Shown one piece after another: positions 55,653 to 64,000 of a stretch of DNA of 64,000 bases. The stretch's first letter is position 1, and each line of letters starts with the position of its first letter. Under the pieces are notes generated by a model. It was not told where the DNA came from, searched no databases, and was given only the letters and a program-made list of their open reading frames with translations. A program made the translations under genes and the position numbers. The DNA comes from a virus, in IMG/VR virus record IMGVR_UViG_3300037461_000748, positions 67,609-131,608 of that record; one strand, written 5' to 3'.

Positions 55653-57473
55653 TTAATCCTCCGATGTGATTAATTCGTTATATAATTGGTCCATGGATTC
55701 ATTGTCCAGCCGACCTACTACAGAAGAGATTTTCTTCATTCTTCCCCAAAGTTCTTTAATAGCTTTGTTACCTTCTTCTAAAAACTTTAGGTCATTTTTC
55801 TTATCAATAATTTTTGTAGCCCCGATTCCGCCGATGTACGACGTTAATAATGGATGCTTTCTTACAAAGTTTTCAACACCAGTCAATGGAACACCTCTTT
55901 GGGCCTTTTCTTCGGCTTTATAAGAGAGGTAATAACTTGGTGGAACGGCAATTAAAGTGTTCTTAATATATCTGTCTAATCCACCACGTTTAACCAAGTG
56001 ATCAGCGTATAATGGACTTGTTCTGTAATGAGCTTCCTGAAATTCGGTAGCTGCTGCGCTACCAACCGTTGCTAGAAATAATGGAGCGACCCATGGATAC
56101 TTTAATAAGAAATTCTTAAAAGCTCCTAAGTTAGTCGTCTTATTCTGTAGTTTTGCAAATCCAATGTATAATGCTCCTAAGGCACCCATCGCTAATCCAG
56201 GGTTCTTAATAGGAGATTTCAGCGGCTCTTCTTCTTTTCCAACTACACGCTGCCATAAGTTTGGTTCAACTTGTTTTCCTGTGTATACTCTTGCTGGATT
56301 TAGAAAAGCATTCTGCTGACCTTCATTAAACAATGCATACTTAGATAAGACTCGACCGATAATTAACGGCTTAGTATTAGCCATTTCGTAGAGATCTTCT
56401 TTGAAGACCTCAGCAATCTTCTCGTTAAACCGATCGATACTGACATTGTCTAGGTCTGCGGGAGTAGTCGAGTCATCGACTTCAAATATATATCCCGCTT
56501 TTTCGAGTTCATCAGCTTCCTTTTTATAACCTAAAGATTGCAAAGCAATCTTTTGAAAATCCTCACGTGCCGGCATTACTCGTAATGCTAACATCGTTGA
56601 TAATATTTCAGTAAAAGGAAATTCTGATAGTTTCTCTATCTGATCCTTGCTAAATCTCTTCTGACTTGCTAATATTAATTGCTTAGGATCGTCAGAGACG
56701 GCATCAACCTTGGCTGGTAACTCTTTACTAATATCAGCCACGGCTTCTAAATTAGCTGTTTTTTCTAAGAATTTATCCAATGCGATGTGTTCTGGAATAA
56801 ACTCACTAGTCTTAGTGAAATTCTCAGATAACAGCCGTCTAATAAAACCAGCAGTGCGATCCGCTGGAATCGTCACTATGCTGATGTCAAAGAATTTTGG
56901 CATCGTATTGACAGCGTACACTTTTCTTCCATCTGATAATACATTATTCATTTGGTACTTAAGATGGTCACAATACAATGTCCTTGTTTTAGCTCTATTG
57001 CCACAGATTGAACAAACGTCATAGGGAACTCTGCATCCCATCGATACTGCAGGGAGTTCCCCTTTGTCCAATGCATTGACAATTTTTTCAGCTCGATCAT
57101 TGTCGAGCTCTATTATCAGTTCGACTCTATGCATCGTTGGATTGTAATGTGCAAATAAAACCTTACCCAAACTAAGCCTAGGATCTTTATTAACATGATG
57201 TTTATAAATTCCAGCCAGAGCTTCGAAGGTCTTATGATAAAGCTGCAATGCAGCTTCCGGGAAATAATCGCCGTTACGATTCGATCCGTAATACTCTCCA
57301 GCTGATAATGCATTAACCAATGCATAAGTTGCATCAACTTTTTTCTTGAGATTGCTAATGAATGCTGTTAATTCAGGCGAATACTCGGCTGTTTTCTCAA
57401 AATGTCCAGGATGCACTAATGTTAATACGCTGGTATTATTATCCCCGTATATAAAGTCTACTCTTTTATTCAT
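55653..57473 (-). CDS. Putative prohead protease with C-terminal hydrophobic extension
   Basis: NRNGDYF, YKHH, VSMGCRVPYDVCSICGN..YCDH, DISIVTIPAD (herpes/HK97-type Ser protease with Zn ribbon). Confidence 0.7.
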   Translation of the reverse strand: MNKRVDFIYGDNNTSVLTLVHPGHFEKTAEYSPELTAFISNLKKKVDATYALVNALSAGEYYGSNRNGDYFPEAALQLYHKTFEALAGIYKHHVNKDPRLSLGKVLFAHYNPTMHRVELIIELDNDRAEKIVNALDKGELPAVSMGCRVPYDVCSICGNRAKTRTLYCDHLKYQMNNVLSDGRKVYAVNTMPKFFDISIVTIPADRTAGFIRRLLSENFTKTSEFIPEHIALDKFLEKTANLEAVADISKELPAKVDAVSDDPKQLILASQKRFSKDQIEKLSEFPFTEILSTMLALRVMPAREDFQKIALQSLGYKKEADELEKAGYIFEVDDSTTPADLDNVSIDRFNEKIAEVFKEDLYEMANTKPLIIGRVLSKYALFNEGQQNAFLNPARVYTGKQVEPNLWQRVVGKEEEPLKSPIKNPGLAMGALGALYIGFAKLQNKTTNLGAFKNFLLKYPWVAPLFLATVGSAAATEFQEAHYRTSPLYADHLVKRGGLDRYIKNTLIAVPPSYYLSYKAEEKAQRGVPLTGVENFVRKHPLLTSYIGGIGATKIIDKKNDLKFLEEGNKAIKELWGRMKKISSVVGRLDNESMDQLYNELITSED

Positions 57474-57991
57474 TACATTCCAACTTGTTGACGATAAATC
57501 ATTTCCTTCACTTTATCATCATTTATCCACGCCTCTCCCTGATCTGCTAACATTTTACCCATCATTGATGCGGAAAATCCTGTTCTCATTGTTTTTCCTA
57601 CGTCCGATGGCTTTCTTTGGTCTGCCAATGATTTCTGGATATCAGTTAATGTTTTGTAAGTATCAGGTGACGGTCCACCCCACTCTTCGAGGTAACCACG
57701 TCCGATGCTTTGTCTAATGAAAGCGCCAGCAGCAATTGGATCCTGAGCCATATTAGGTGCATGATAATATAATGTGCTCCAAAGCTTAGCGATCGACTTA
57801 GGGTCCTCCTTAGCCAGTTCTGGATGTGCTTCCACCATTTTTTTGAAATACGTCGGCTCTTTAACCTTTCCAATGTATTTTTGTACATTTTCAAAAATTA
57901 TATCTCCGATGGTCCCAATTAACGCTCCAAGCAAAAATACTGATGCTCCAGCCAGAGGGCTTACGGCGGCCTTTTTATAAATATATTTCAT
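57473..57991 (-). CDS. Hypothetical virion protein with N-terminal TM-like segment
   Basis: IYKKA followed by GASVFLLGALIGTIG. Confidence 0.6.
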   Translation of the reverse strand: MKYIYKKAAVSPLAGASVFLLGALIGTIGDIIFENVQKYIGKVKEPTYFKKMVEAHPELAKEDPKSIAKLWSTLYYHAPNMAQDPIAAGAFIRQSIGRGYLEEWGGPSPDTYKTLTDIQKSLADQRKPSDVGKTMRTGFSASMMGKMLADQGEAWINDDKVKEMIYRQQVGM

Positions 57992-57993
57992 AA

Positions 57994-59133
57994 TTAATAT
58001 AATTCCTTCTTAGGTTTTCCTACTTCGAGCATTGCCTCTTGTAATACCCGACCCTGCTCTCTTTTTCCTCTATCTTTTCCGGCTCGATTGCCGAAGTAAC
58101 TCCCTGCTACGAATGCTGCTAAGATTGGAGTAGCCTTGATACTATCAACAGCCGTCTTCACAAAGTTCGATGCGAATCTTTCTTTAATAGTGTTTTTAAA
58201 GACGTTTGGTATATCATTACTATGTGCAAAATTAGCATACTTCACGTATAATTTATCCAATGCTGAGTCGAGTCTTGCTGCCCATAATACTTGCTCTTCT
58301 AGTGCCTGAGCTGTCTTATAAATTACGGTCTCTGTATTAGGTATTTCATTTACATCGGTGATGTCATAGTTTAAGTGTGGAGCCTCTTCGGCTAATTTAT
58401 GAAGGATCACTTTAGATACATCTTCTCCAATGATTGGAGACGCGAATTTTAAAACGCTGTGTACGTCACTATAAGTGTTTCCTGATAGGCATGCTTGTTT
58501 AACTATGTGATATAATTTATCAGCAGTGCACAGTGCGTTACTACTTCTATTTGATAGTTCCCGCTGTACAAAACTGATGACTCCTTGATGTTCATTGGCT
58601 AGTTTCATTACATTAGCAGCGGAGCTTGGGCTAACTTCCTGAGCCTCTTTGATCAGATTCTTATTACGTAACTCTGATAACCTTTCAGACACAGACGCAT
58701 TTTTTCTGATGATTTCTTCCGCCTCTTTCGTTAGTGCAATCTGTATCGTTTTATTGTCGATGACGATGGGATTCGACCAATTTGCAGTCTTGTCCATTCT
58801 GCCATAGGCTGCGAAAATATCCGATGCAGAGACATCGGTCTTAGGCGCATCATTGTAAGCTGAAATGTTTCCGATGTCCGCTTTCTTTGAAAAGGAACTA
58901 GTCACTACGTCGGCATCTGCAACCGGAAATGTTAAATACTTATCATCAGCTGTTTTCATTAATGATACGTATGCCTCTACGTTAGCTACTTCTGCTACGC
59001 GTTTAACTTGCTGTTTATTCAATCCATGTTCGCTTGCAACCTTTGCAAGTGAGCGAGTCATATCAGCTTTCTTAACGATGAACTCTTCAGAGATTTTCTT
59101 CCCAAGTATATTTAAGTCGATGATATTAGCCAT
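57994..59133 (-). CDS. Internal head/core protein rich in hydrophobic-x-K-x-A motifs
   Basis: 379 aa, 15 such motifs; GLNKQQVKRVAEVAN. Confidence 0.65.
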   Translation of the reverse strand: MANIIDLNILGKKISEEFIVKKADMTRSLAKVASEHGLNKQQVKRVAEVANVEAYVSLMKTADDKYLTFPVADADVVTSSFSKKADIGNISAYNDAPKTDVSASDIFAAYGRMDKTANWSNPIVIDNKTIQIALTKEAEEIIRKNASVSERLSELRNKNLIKEAQEVSPSSAANVMKLANEHQGVISFVQRELSNRSSNALCTADKLYHIVKQACLSGNTYSDVHSVLKFASPIIGEDVSKVILHKLAEEAPHLNYDITDVNEIPNTETVIYKTAQALEEQVLWAARLDSALDKLYVKYANFAHSNDIPNVFKNTIKERFASNFVKTAVDSIKATPILAAFVAGSYFGNRAGKDRGKREQGRVLQEAMLEVGKPKKELY

Positions 59134-59138
59134 AGTTT

Positions 59139-59167
59139 AATTTAACCTATTTAATTATTTTTGTCAA
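59139..59167 (-). promoter_or_regulatory. Sigma70-like promoter for head operon (likely leaderless)
   Basis: TTGACA-17-TAAATT, ending 5 nt before ATG 59133. Confidence 0.6.
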
Positions 59168-59198
59168 GGTTTTTTTAATTTTTTTTTAGAATAACTCT

Positions 59199-59456
59199 CT
59201 ATGAGAGAGTGGTAAAGTCATTGCCCTTTTTTTTATCTTTACTTTTTCCTTTCTTTCCAGGAAATAATGCGCCTGCAGCTAAACCTGTGCCCAGCGCCAT
59301 TGCTAAATTTGATTTCCAACTACCTGGAAACAACTTCGGACTTGTTGCTTTAGCCCCAGCTATGCTCACGGTTGATATCAATGCTCCTTCCATCGCACCT
59401 TCGGCCCGACTTTTTCTTTCTGCTAATTTATTAAATATTCTTTCTGCTTTATCCAT
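59199..59456 (-). CDS. Small glycine-zipper protein
   Basis: MDKAERIFNKLAE; GTGLAAGALF. Confidence 0.6.
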   Translation of the reverse strand: MDKAERIFNKLAERKSRAEGAMEGALISTVSIAGAKATSPKLFPGSWKSNLAMALGTGLAAGALFPGKKGKSKDKKKGNDFTTLS

Positions 59457-59457
59457 T

Positions 59458-59667
59458 TCATTTTACCTCATAGTCTGATATTACTCTTACATTTCTTCCA
59501 CAAGTCGGGCACATAGGTTTTACATTGTAATTGTCAAATTTTTTCCAAAGACACGTAGGGCAATATAATAATATTTCAAATTTTTTATTCTCAGGTATTT
59601 GCAATAAAGCTAAAATCTCACGAACTTTGTCCTTAGTCATTTGGCAAACTTCACTCCATCTTTCCAA
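59458..59667 (-). CDS. Small Zn-ribbon protein
   Basis: CPTC..CPTCG. Confidence 0.55.
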   Translation of the reverse strand: MERWSEVCQMTKDKVREILALLQIPENKKFEILLYCPTCLWKKFDNYNVKPMCPTCGRNVRVISDYEVK

Positions 59668-59673
59668 TTAATA

Positions 59674-62280
59674 TCAGAAGCTTTGTCCGATGCCATAAAA
59701 TAACTCCAATGATATTAAAGCATAGACCAAGCTATGCACTAGGTCATCCGGACCAATGTTAATGTATTTCATAGTATTGCGCTCTTCATCGAACTCTAAT
59801 TGTACATTCATTATGTCCCTACTAAATGTTTCAAAGTCTTCCCACCTTGGAAAAACAATCTTACGTTTCTTAATTCGGTCAAAAAACTCGCCGAGGACTT
59901 GATTCCGATTTAATGTGTAAGCCGGCATCTTAGCATTCCAGCGAATCTTTTCCTTCTGAGTCTGTAAATGTTGAAAAGCTATTACTTTCTCAAATCCAAT
60001 CCGAGAACGAATCTCGCTATTACTAGCTTCTCCCATGCCGTAGTCAGCAGCAAGGTGATTACTTCCCCAATGGCCCATGATTCTTGGAACTTCCTTATGA
60101 ATAAATGAATAATCCGCCTCTTTTCCTACGAACCTTTTACAATATAATACATAGGCTACATCGGCACGCATCTGAACTACGGTTAATAAAGTGTGAGACG
60201 CTTCAGAATTGATAGGACCATAATCTATGCCCACTACTGTGCTATAAGATTTAGCTAACTCATCGGGATCCGAAGCCATCGGACGATCTGAGCAACACGC
60301 TCTGATATCAGTCTTAGTTACTGGAGACGCTCCCTCGTCATACTCAATTGCTAATACTTCATTATGAAAGTATGATCTACTAAAATTTTTTCGTTTCTCT
60401 AATACGTCTCTCGTCCAGTCTACCCATGGTGCGTGGGCAAAGTGTAACAGGCAAACCCTGTACCCTTCAGCATTAGGTGACTCTATTCTCGAATAAGTAG
60501 ATACCCATTGTCCATTCTGAACTGACAATGGTCTCCCACACTTCTTACAGATTACTCCCGACTCTCCGATGTTATTCTCATCTAATATATTCCAATGGCC
60601 ACATGGAGGACATTTAATTACGTACTCATTCATCGTACTACGTCGCCATAGTGAGGCCAATGTTCCTTGCGTTCTCTTTGGAGTACCGGAGTATGCACTC
60701 TTCTTATACATACTACGAGACATCGTTTCCTGAACTACGGGAATAATTTCGGCTCGAAGGTCTTGACAATTACCGCATACCACAGCTGTTTTTTCTATAG
60801 AATCCCTAACTATCAGATTACCGTTAGGAACAGTAGCACAATAAACCTTACCATGATAGTTTCTAGAAGAGACTCGATTAGAACTATTCCAGAAAATTTG
60901 ATAGTCTAATAATAAGGGCCTAACTCTATACATTACAGTTCCGTTGGACTCTGTAATTTGTCTAATTGTGGCCCGCCTTCCAAGGAATAGCCAGGCAATC
61001 TGAACAGTATCAGCTAATCTCTTAGAAGCAGTGTTTAGTTCACCCCATGAAGAGATGTCGTTTTTATGGCGCATCGCGTCGCCTTTGTACAATGCTTCTA
61101 ATAATAATTCAAGATAATTAGTTTGATTTAGCAAATCCTTGGGAATAAATTTATCATGAGATCCACCAAATTGTAACAAATAATTTCTTAATGTGGCATT
61201 ACTAAAACTGAATTTTATATGACCACCATTATCAACACTTTCAGAATAGTTTCCGATTAAAACTGATAAACAATCTCGAATCTCCGCCGCTAATGCCCCC
61301 TCATTCTGAGAAATAATAATTTGATTAGAACAGTTACTTACGTGCCCTTCTGATAGCCACCAGCCCATGAATATCATGAACTCCTTGGTACTAAACTTTA
61401 TATCTGGATATACCCTAATCTTCCCTTTTTGATACATAGTACCATCAGGCTTAGTCTTAACAGAAAATCCAGGAATTGTGATTGTTTCAGAGTTAATACC
61501 GTGGTACTTTGCTACAGAAGTCATTTTAAAATTTTTATCTTTAAAGTCTTCTGCTTTCTTAAGCTGCCATCCTTTAATCTTTGGATCTTTATAATAACCT
61601 GTATTAAGTTCTTGAGAAATGTACAAATTATGCTGCGGAGTTACTGATAATTTAAAACTACGATGTGTAAAATCTAATATTTCTCCGTTATAATCTTTCT
61701 CAATGTATCTAGACGGTAATTGATACTCCAAGTTTCCCGAATTATCTCTAGTCGCTAATAGTTCTGATTTTGTTAAATTCGAAAATAATTTCCATCCAGA
61801 ATCAGTTAATACTTCAATGTTATCCGAGTAACATTCGTCGAATAAATTCATATCAGCTGAGTAGCCCCTAAGCCTATCACCCGATAACAATGCATACTGT
61901 AAATCCATCTTGCTTCGATTAAGAAATTGCTTCATAAACACATTTTGAACCAGGGACGAGTTAATGAAGTATTTTTTAATAAAAGGTGATGACATTATTA
62001 CAGGAGTGACCCGATCATGAGAAAAGATCTTAGTCTGATTAACCGTAGGAGAAACGTATAATGTCCTGAACCCTGGAATCATCGCTGAATTGGTAATCAT
62101 GATGTTAGCCAACGTAGTACTTTTTGCGGTTTGTCGCGAAAACATAAGCACTACTTCTCGTGCCTCAGTATTATAAATTTTTCTAAGGTGCGGATAATAT
62201 GATAATGACAAATTTCTTCCGTTTAACCAGAGAAAGTTTTCAGCAAAATCACTCCTTGTAAGTGATACAACTTTACTCAT
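59674..62280 (-). CDS. terL: Terminase large subunit (GpA-like) with intein
   Basis: SRQTAKST Walker A, LRGYSAD..FDE|CQD Walker B, SGTPK, Zn ribbon, VGIDYG nuclease, PDDLVH. Confidence 0.88.
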   Translation of the reverse strand: MSKVVSLTRSDFAENFLWLNGRNLSLSYYPHLRKIYNTEAREVVLMFSRQTAKSTTLANIMITNSAMIPGFRTLYVSPTVNQTKIFSHDRVTPVIMSSPFIKKYFINSSLVQNVFMKQFLNRSKMDLQYALLSGDRLRGYSADMNLFDECYSDNIEVLTDSGWKLFSNLTKSELLATRDNSGNLEYQLPSRYIEKDYNGEILDFTHRSFKLSVTPQHNLYISQELNTGYYKDPKIKGWQLKKAEDFKDKNFKMTSVAKYHGINSETITIPGFSVKTKPDGTMYQKGKIRVYPDIKFSTKEFMIFMGWWLSEGHVSNCSNQIIISQNEGALAAEIRDCLSVLIGNYSESVDNGGHIKFSFSNATLRNYLLQFGGSHDKFIPKDLLNQTNYLELLLEALYKGDAMRHKNDISSWGELNTASKRLADTVQIAWLFLGRRATIRQITESNGTVMYRVRPLLLDYQIFWNSSNRVSSRNYHGKVYCATVPNGNLIVRDSIEKTAVVCGNCQDLRAEIIPVVQETMSRSMYKKSAYSGTPKRTQGTLASLWRRSTMNEYVIKCPPCGHWNILDENNIGESGVICKKCGRPLSVQNGQWVSTYSRIESPNAEGYRVCLLHFAHAPWVDWTRDVLEKRKNFSRSYFHNEVLAIEYDEGASPVTKTDIRACCSDRPMASDPDELAKSYSTVVGIDYGPINSEASHTLLTVVQMRADVAYVLYCKRFVGKEADYSFIHKEVPRIMGHWGSNHLAADYGMGEASNSEIRSRIGFEKVIAFQHLQTQKEKIRWNAKMPAYTLNRNQVLGEFFDRIKKRKIVFPRWEDFETFSRDIMNVQLEFDEERNTMKYINIGPDDLVHSLVYALISLELFYGIGQSF
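60769..61833 (-). mobile_element. Intein (355 aa) with LAGLIDADG endonuclease in TerL
   Basis: CYSDNIEVLT..GW start, VTPQH block B, GWWLSEG and LYKGDA LAGLIDADG blocks, VYCATVPNG..VVCGN|C end. Confidence 0.9.
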
Positions 62281-62479
62281 ACGACTTTCTTCTATTTTTT
62301 CGTTTCTCTCTCTTAGCGATGCACGGTCTTAAATAAAAACTGTTCCAATATGCGTCTTCTAGAATATTGGCCCTGTCTACTTTTTTCTTAAGCCTTCGCA
62401 AGGCTACGTCAATGTCCTCTCCTTTTCGCAGTATTACTCCTGCTCTGACCTTAGTCGAACATCTTACTTCTTCGTTCAC
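62273..62479 (-). CDS. rpsU: Ribosomal protein bS21
   Basis: VILRKGEDIDVALRRLKKKVDRANIL..FYLRP..KR matches the bS21 pattern. Confidence 0.8.
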   Translation of the reverse strand: MNEEVRCSTKVRAGVILRKGEDIDVALRRLKKKVDRANILEDAYWNSFYLRPCIAKREKRKNRRKSYE

Positions 62480-63714
62480 GATGTTAATTGGTTTTGTAAA
62501 ATATTATTATAAGTTTCTAAATCTTTGTTAGAGTCAATCATTCGTCTAGCAGCAATTACTTTAGCCCTACTAGCTATGCCATGCCCCAATGTAGCCCCTA
62601 ACACTACTCCTGATGATACATTGCGTAATGCTGTGCGCCATGGCGCTTTTTTCTTAGTTGCTAACAATCCAAGAACTCCTCCGACGCCTAAGCCCACAGC
62701 TGTAGCTGTTCTGCTTGGTTTACGAATTGATTCCGCATATTCTTGAGACTTCAATTCCCGATACTCGCCGAATGATGGAATTACATCACTTTTTCCCTGA
62801 CTGAAGTGTTTTACTGCTCTACTTAATAAACTATCAGCCCTACTGGCTTCCTTCCTAAGCATATCATCACTTCCAAATTCCTCTGATAGTGGAATCTTCT
62901 CTAATATTAAGAATAAGTTGCCATACCGACCATGTTCAAGGACTTTATAAACTATGTTACGAAAATCTTTCCTTGGAATTCCCCAACCCCATTGATACAC
63001 AAACTTGCGATCGTCTTCTAATGCGTGTACCATGTCAACTAGCTTTGTCAGCTGATCTTTAATTACTGCACGTCTTTTAACTAATTCTGGTCTAGCTAAT
63101 GCTGGTAAGGACCACTCCATTCTTTTGTAACGATGTATCGATCGGATCAAATTCTTGAGCCGGTCAACTCTCTCATTAAAATCCTGAGCAATTTTTCTTG
63201 CGTATAAGATTTCTAATTTAAACTCTGCGTCAGGATCACGAAAAATGTCACGGCTCGGAGGCAAATTAACCCAGTCATTGTTAATAACATCATATACACC
63301 GAAGAAAGAATCTTGCCAGGTGGGAAAGGTCCCACTAGTTTCTTTTAAAAACAAATTAACTGGGTGACGTCCGGAATGAGTCATTACTCCTGACAGTTTT
63401 TTAGCTTTCTCACGGAGATCCTGTGAGAAATTAAATACTGATACGTTTACATCAACGTCAGATGTCTCCGTATACTGATAGCCAGTGATGCTACCTATGA
63501 TCCACGCGCCCTCTACATTTGATAAAGGAGTTACCTTCTCAATGGTTTCGATGATATTCTTTCTAAGTTCAGGGCGCAATACCATGCGTTCATTCCAAAC
63601 ATCCGTAGCCAATTGGTTCCGAATTTTGTCTAATATTCCTGCTTTTTTATACATTGATATAAATCCCAGGCCGTCTCCAGCAAAACTGGAAACTCCTTTG
63701 GTTTTAATTTCCAT
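62476..63714 (-). CDS. Pol-beta-like nucleotidyltransferase with C-terminal glycine zipper
   Basis: IIGSITGYQYTETSDVDVNV, HPVNLF, GVYDV..NDW. Confidence 0.7.
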   Translation of the reverse strand: MEIKTKGVSSFAGDGLGFISMYKKAGILDKIRNQLATDVWNERMVLRPELRKNIIETIEKVTPLSNVEGAWIIGSITGYQYTETSDVDVNVSVFNFSQDLREKAKKLSGVMTHSGRHPVNLFLKETSGTFPTWQDSFFGVYDVINNDWVNLPPSRDIFRDPDAEFKLEILYARKIAQDFNERVDRLKNLIRSIHRYKRMEWSLPALARPELVKRRAVIKDQLTKLVDMVHALEDDRKFVYQWGWGIPRKDFRNIVYKVLEHGRYGNLFLILEKIPLSEEFGSDDMLRKEASRADSLLSRAVKHFSQGKSDVIPSFGEYRELKSQEYAESIRKPSRTATAVGLGVGGVLGLLATKKKAPWRTALRNVSSGVVLGATLGHGIASRAKVIAARRMIDSNKDLETYNNILQNQLTS

Positions 63715-63717
63715 TAT

Positions 63718-63918
63718 TTAATAAGCCATGCGGTCTAATCTATTTATCATAGCTCGTCTCATTCTGATAGCCTTTTGCGTAGCCGGCGTTCTTGGCCTTG
63801 GTCTTTGCAGCGCTTTACCAAGATTCGGTAATACCTTGTGCTCCAGTGTCTGAGCTGCCGCTGTCTCATATCCTACGAGTCTTTTTAATTTTCTAAAAAT
63901 ATTAGCTGCTTTGTCCAT
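63718..63918 (-). CDS. Small basic protein
   Basis: MDKAANIFRKL resembles the 59199 N-terminus. Confidence 0.5.
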   Translation of the reverse strand: MDKAANIFRKLKRLVGYETAAAQTLEHKVLPNLGKALQRPRPRTPATQKAIRMRRAMINRLDRMAY

Positions 63919-63920
63919 AA

Positions 63921-64000
63921 TTATAATCCACCTTCAAAATATACAGACCTTGTTGCCATTGGTAAATTTTTTCTATATTTATGCACCCCTTCTACTCCTG
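63921..64000 (-). CDS. 3' end of an upstream ORF (partial)
   Basis: Open frame GVEGVHKYRKNLPMATRSVYFEGGL* from the window edge. Confidence 0.4.
   Translation of the reverse strand, partial: GVEGVHKYRKNLPMATRSVYFEGGL

Noticed and set aside
55169-55669. 166-aa Ser/Ala-rich + strand ORF
   Set aside because: Antisense shadow of the Glu/Ala-rich scaffold gene (GAA/GCA codons read as TTC/TGC). Most other short opposite-strand ORFs in the track were dropped for the same reason.
1-64000. Alternative genetic code (stop reassignment)
   Set aside because: Conserved genes are full length in code 11, and TAA, TGA and TAG all appear as real stops with tight gene packing.

Overview
This window is part of a large AT-rich myovirus-type bacteriophage genome, read in the standard genetic code, with two opposed gene blocks. 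The + strand block (about 5.7-41.4 kb) holds DNA and nucleotide metabolism genes: SF2 helicase, family-4 UDG, degenerate CCA-adding/HD protein, Sak4-like ATPase with SSB, RecU, dUTPase, class II RNR nrdJ split by a group I intron carrying a homing endonuclease, sigma70 and PolA. It also holds a ~12.6 kb glycosyltransferase/methyltransferase/sugar-epimerase cluster and a compact candidate ubiquitin-like module (713-aa protein, Ubl ending GG-NAN, JAB isopeptidase, ThiF/E1) with two GC-rich structured RNAs inside and just after it. The - strand blocks (1-5.5 kb and 41.5-64 kb) are the virion module: intein-containing TerL, ribosomal protein bS21, prohead protease, scaffold/core proteins, MCP, neck, sheath, tube, tail chaperone with a -1 frameshift, tape measure and baseplate hub. 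The most notable signals are the phage-encoded Ubl/JAB/E1 system, a pervasive hydrophobic-x-K-x-A motif in head proteins (candidate protease cleavage code), fibre-like proteins with Sec signal peptides, and recurring GGTATAAGAAT / TTTTTACATTAAGA motifs that delimit + strand units, including an empty one. All family assignments come from motif recognition by eye; no database searches were run.
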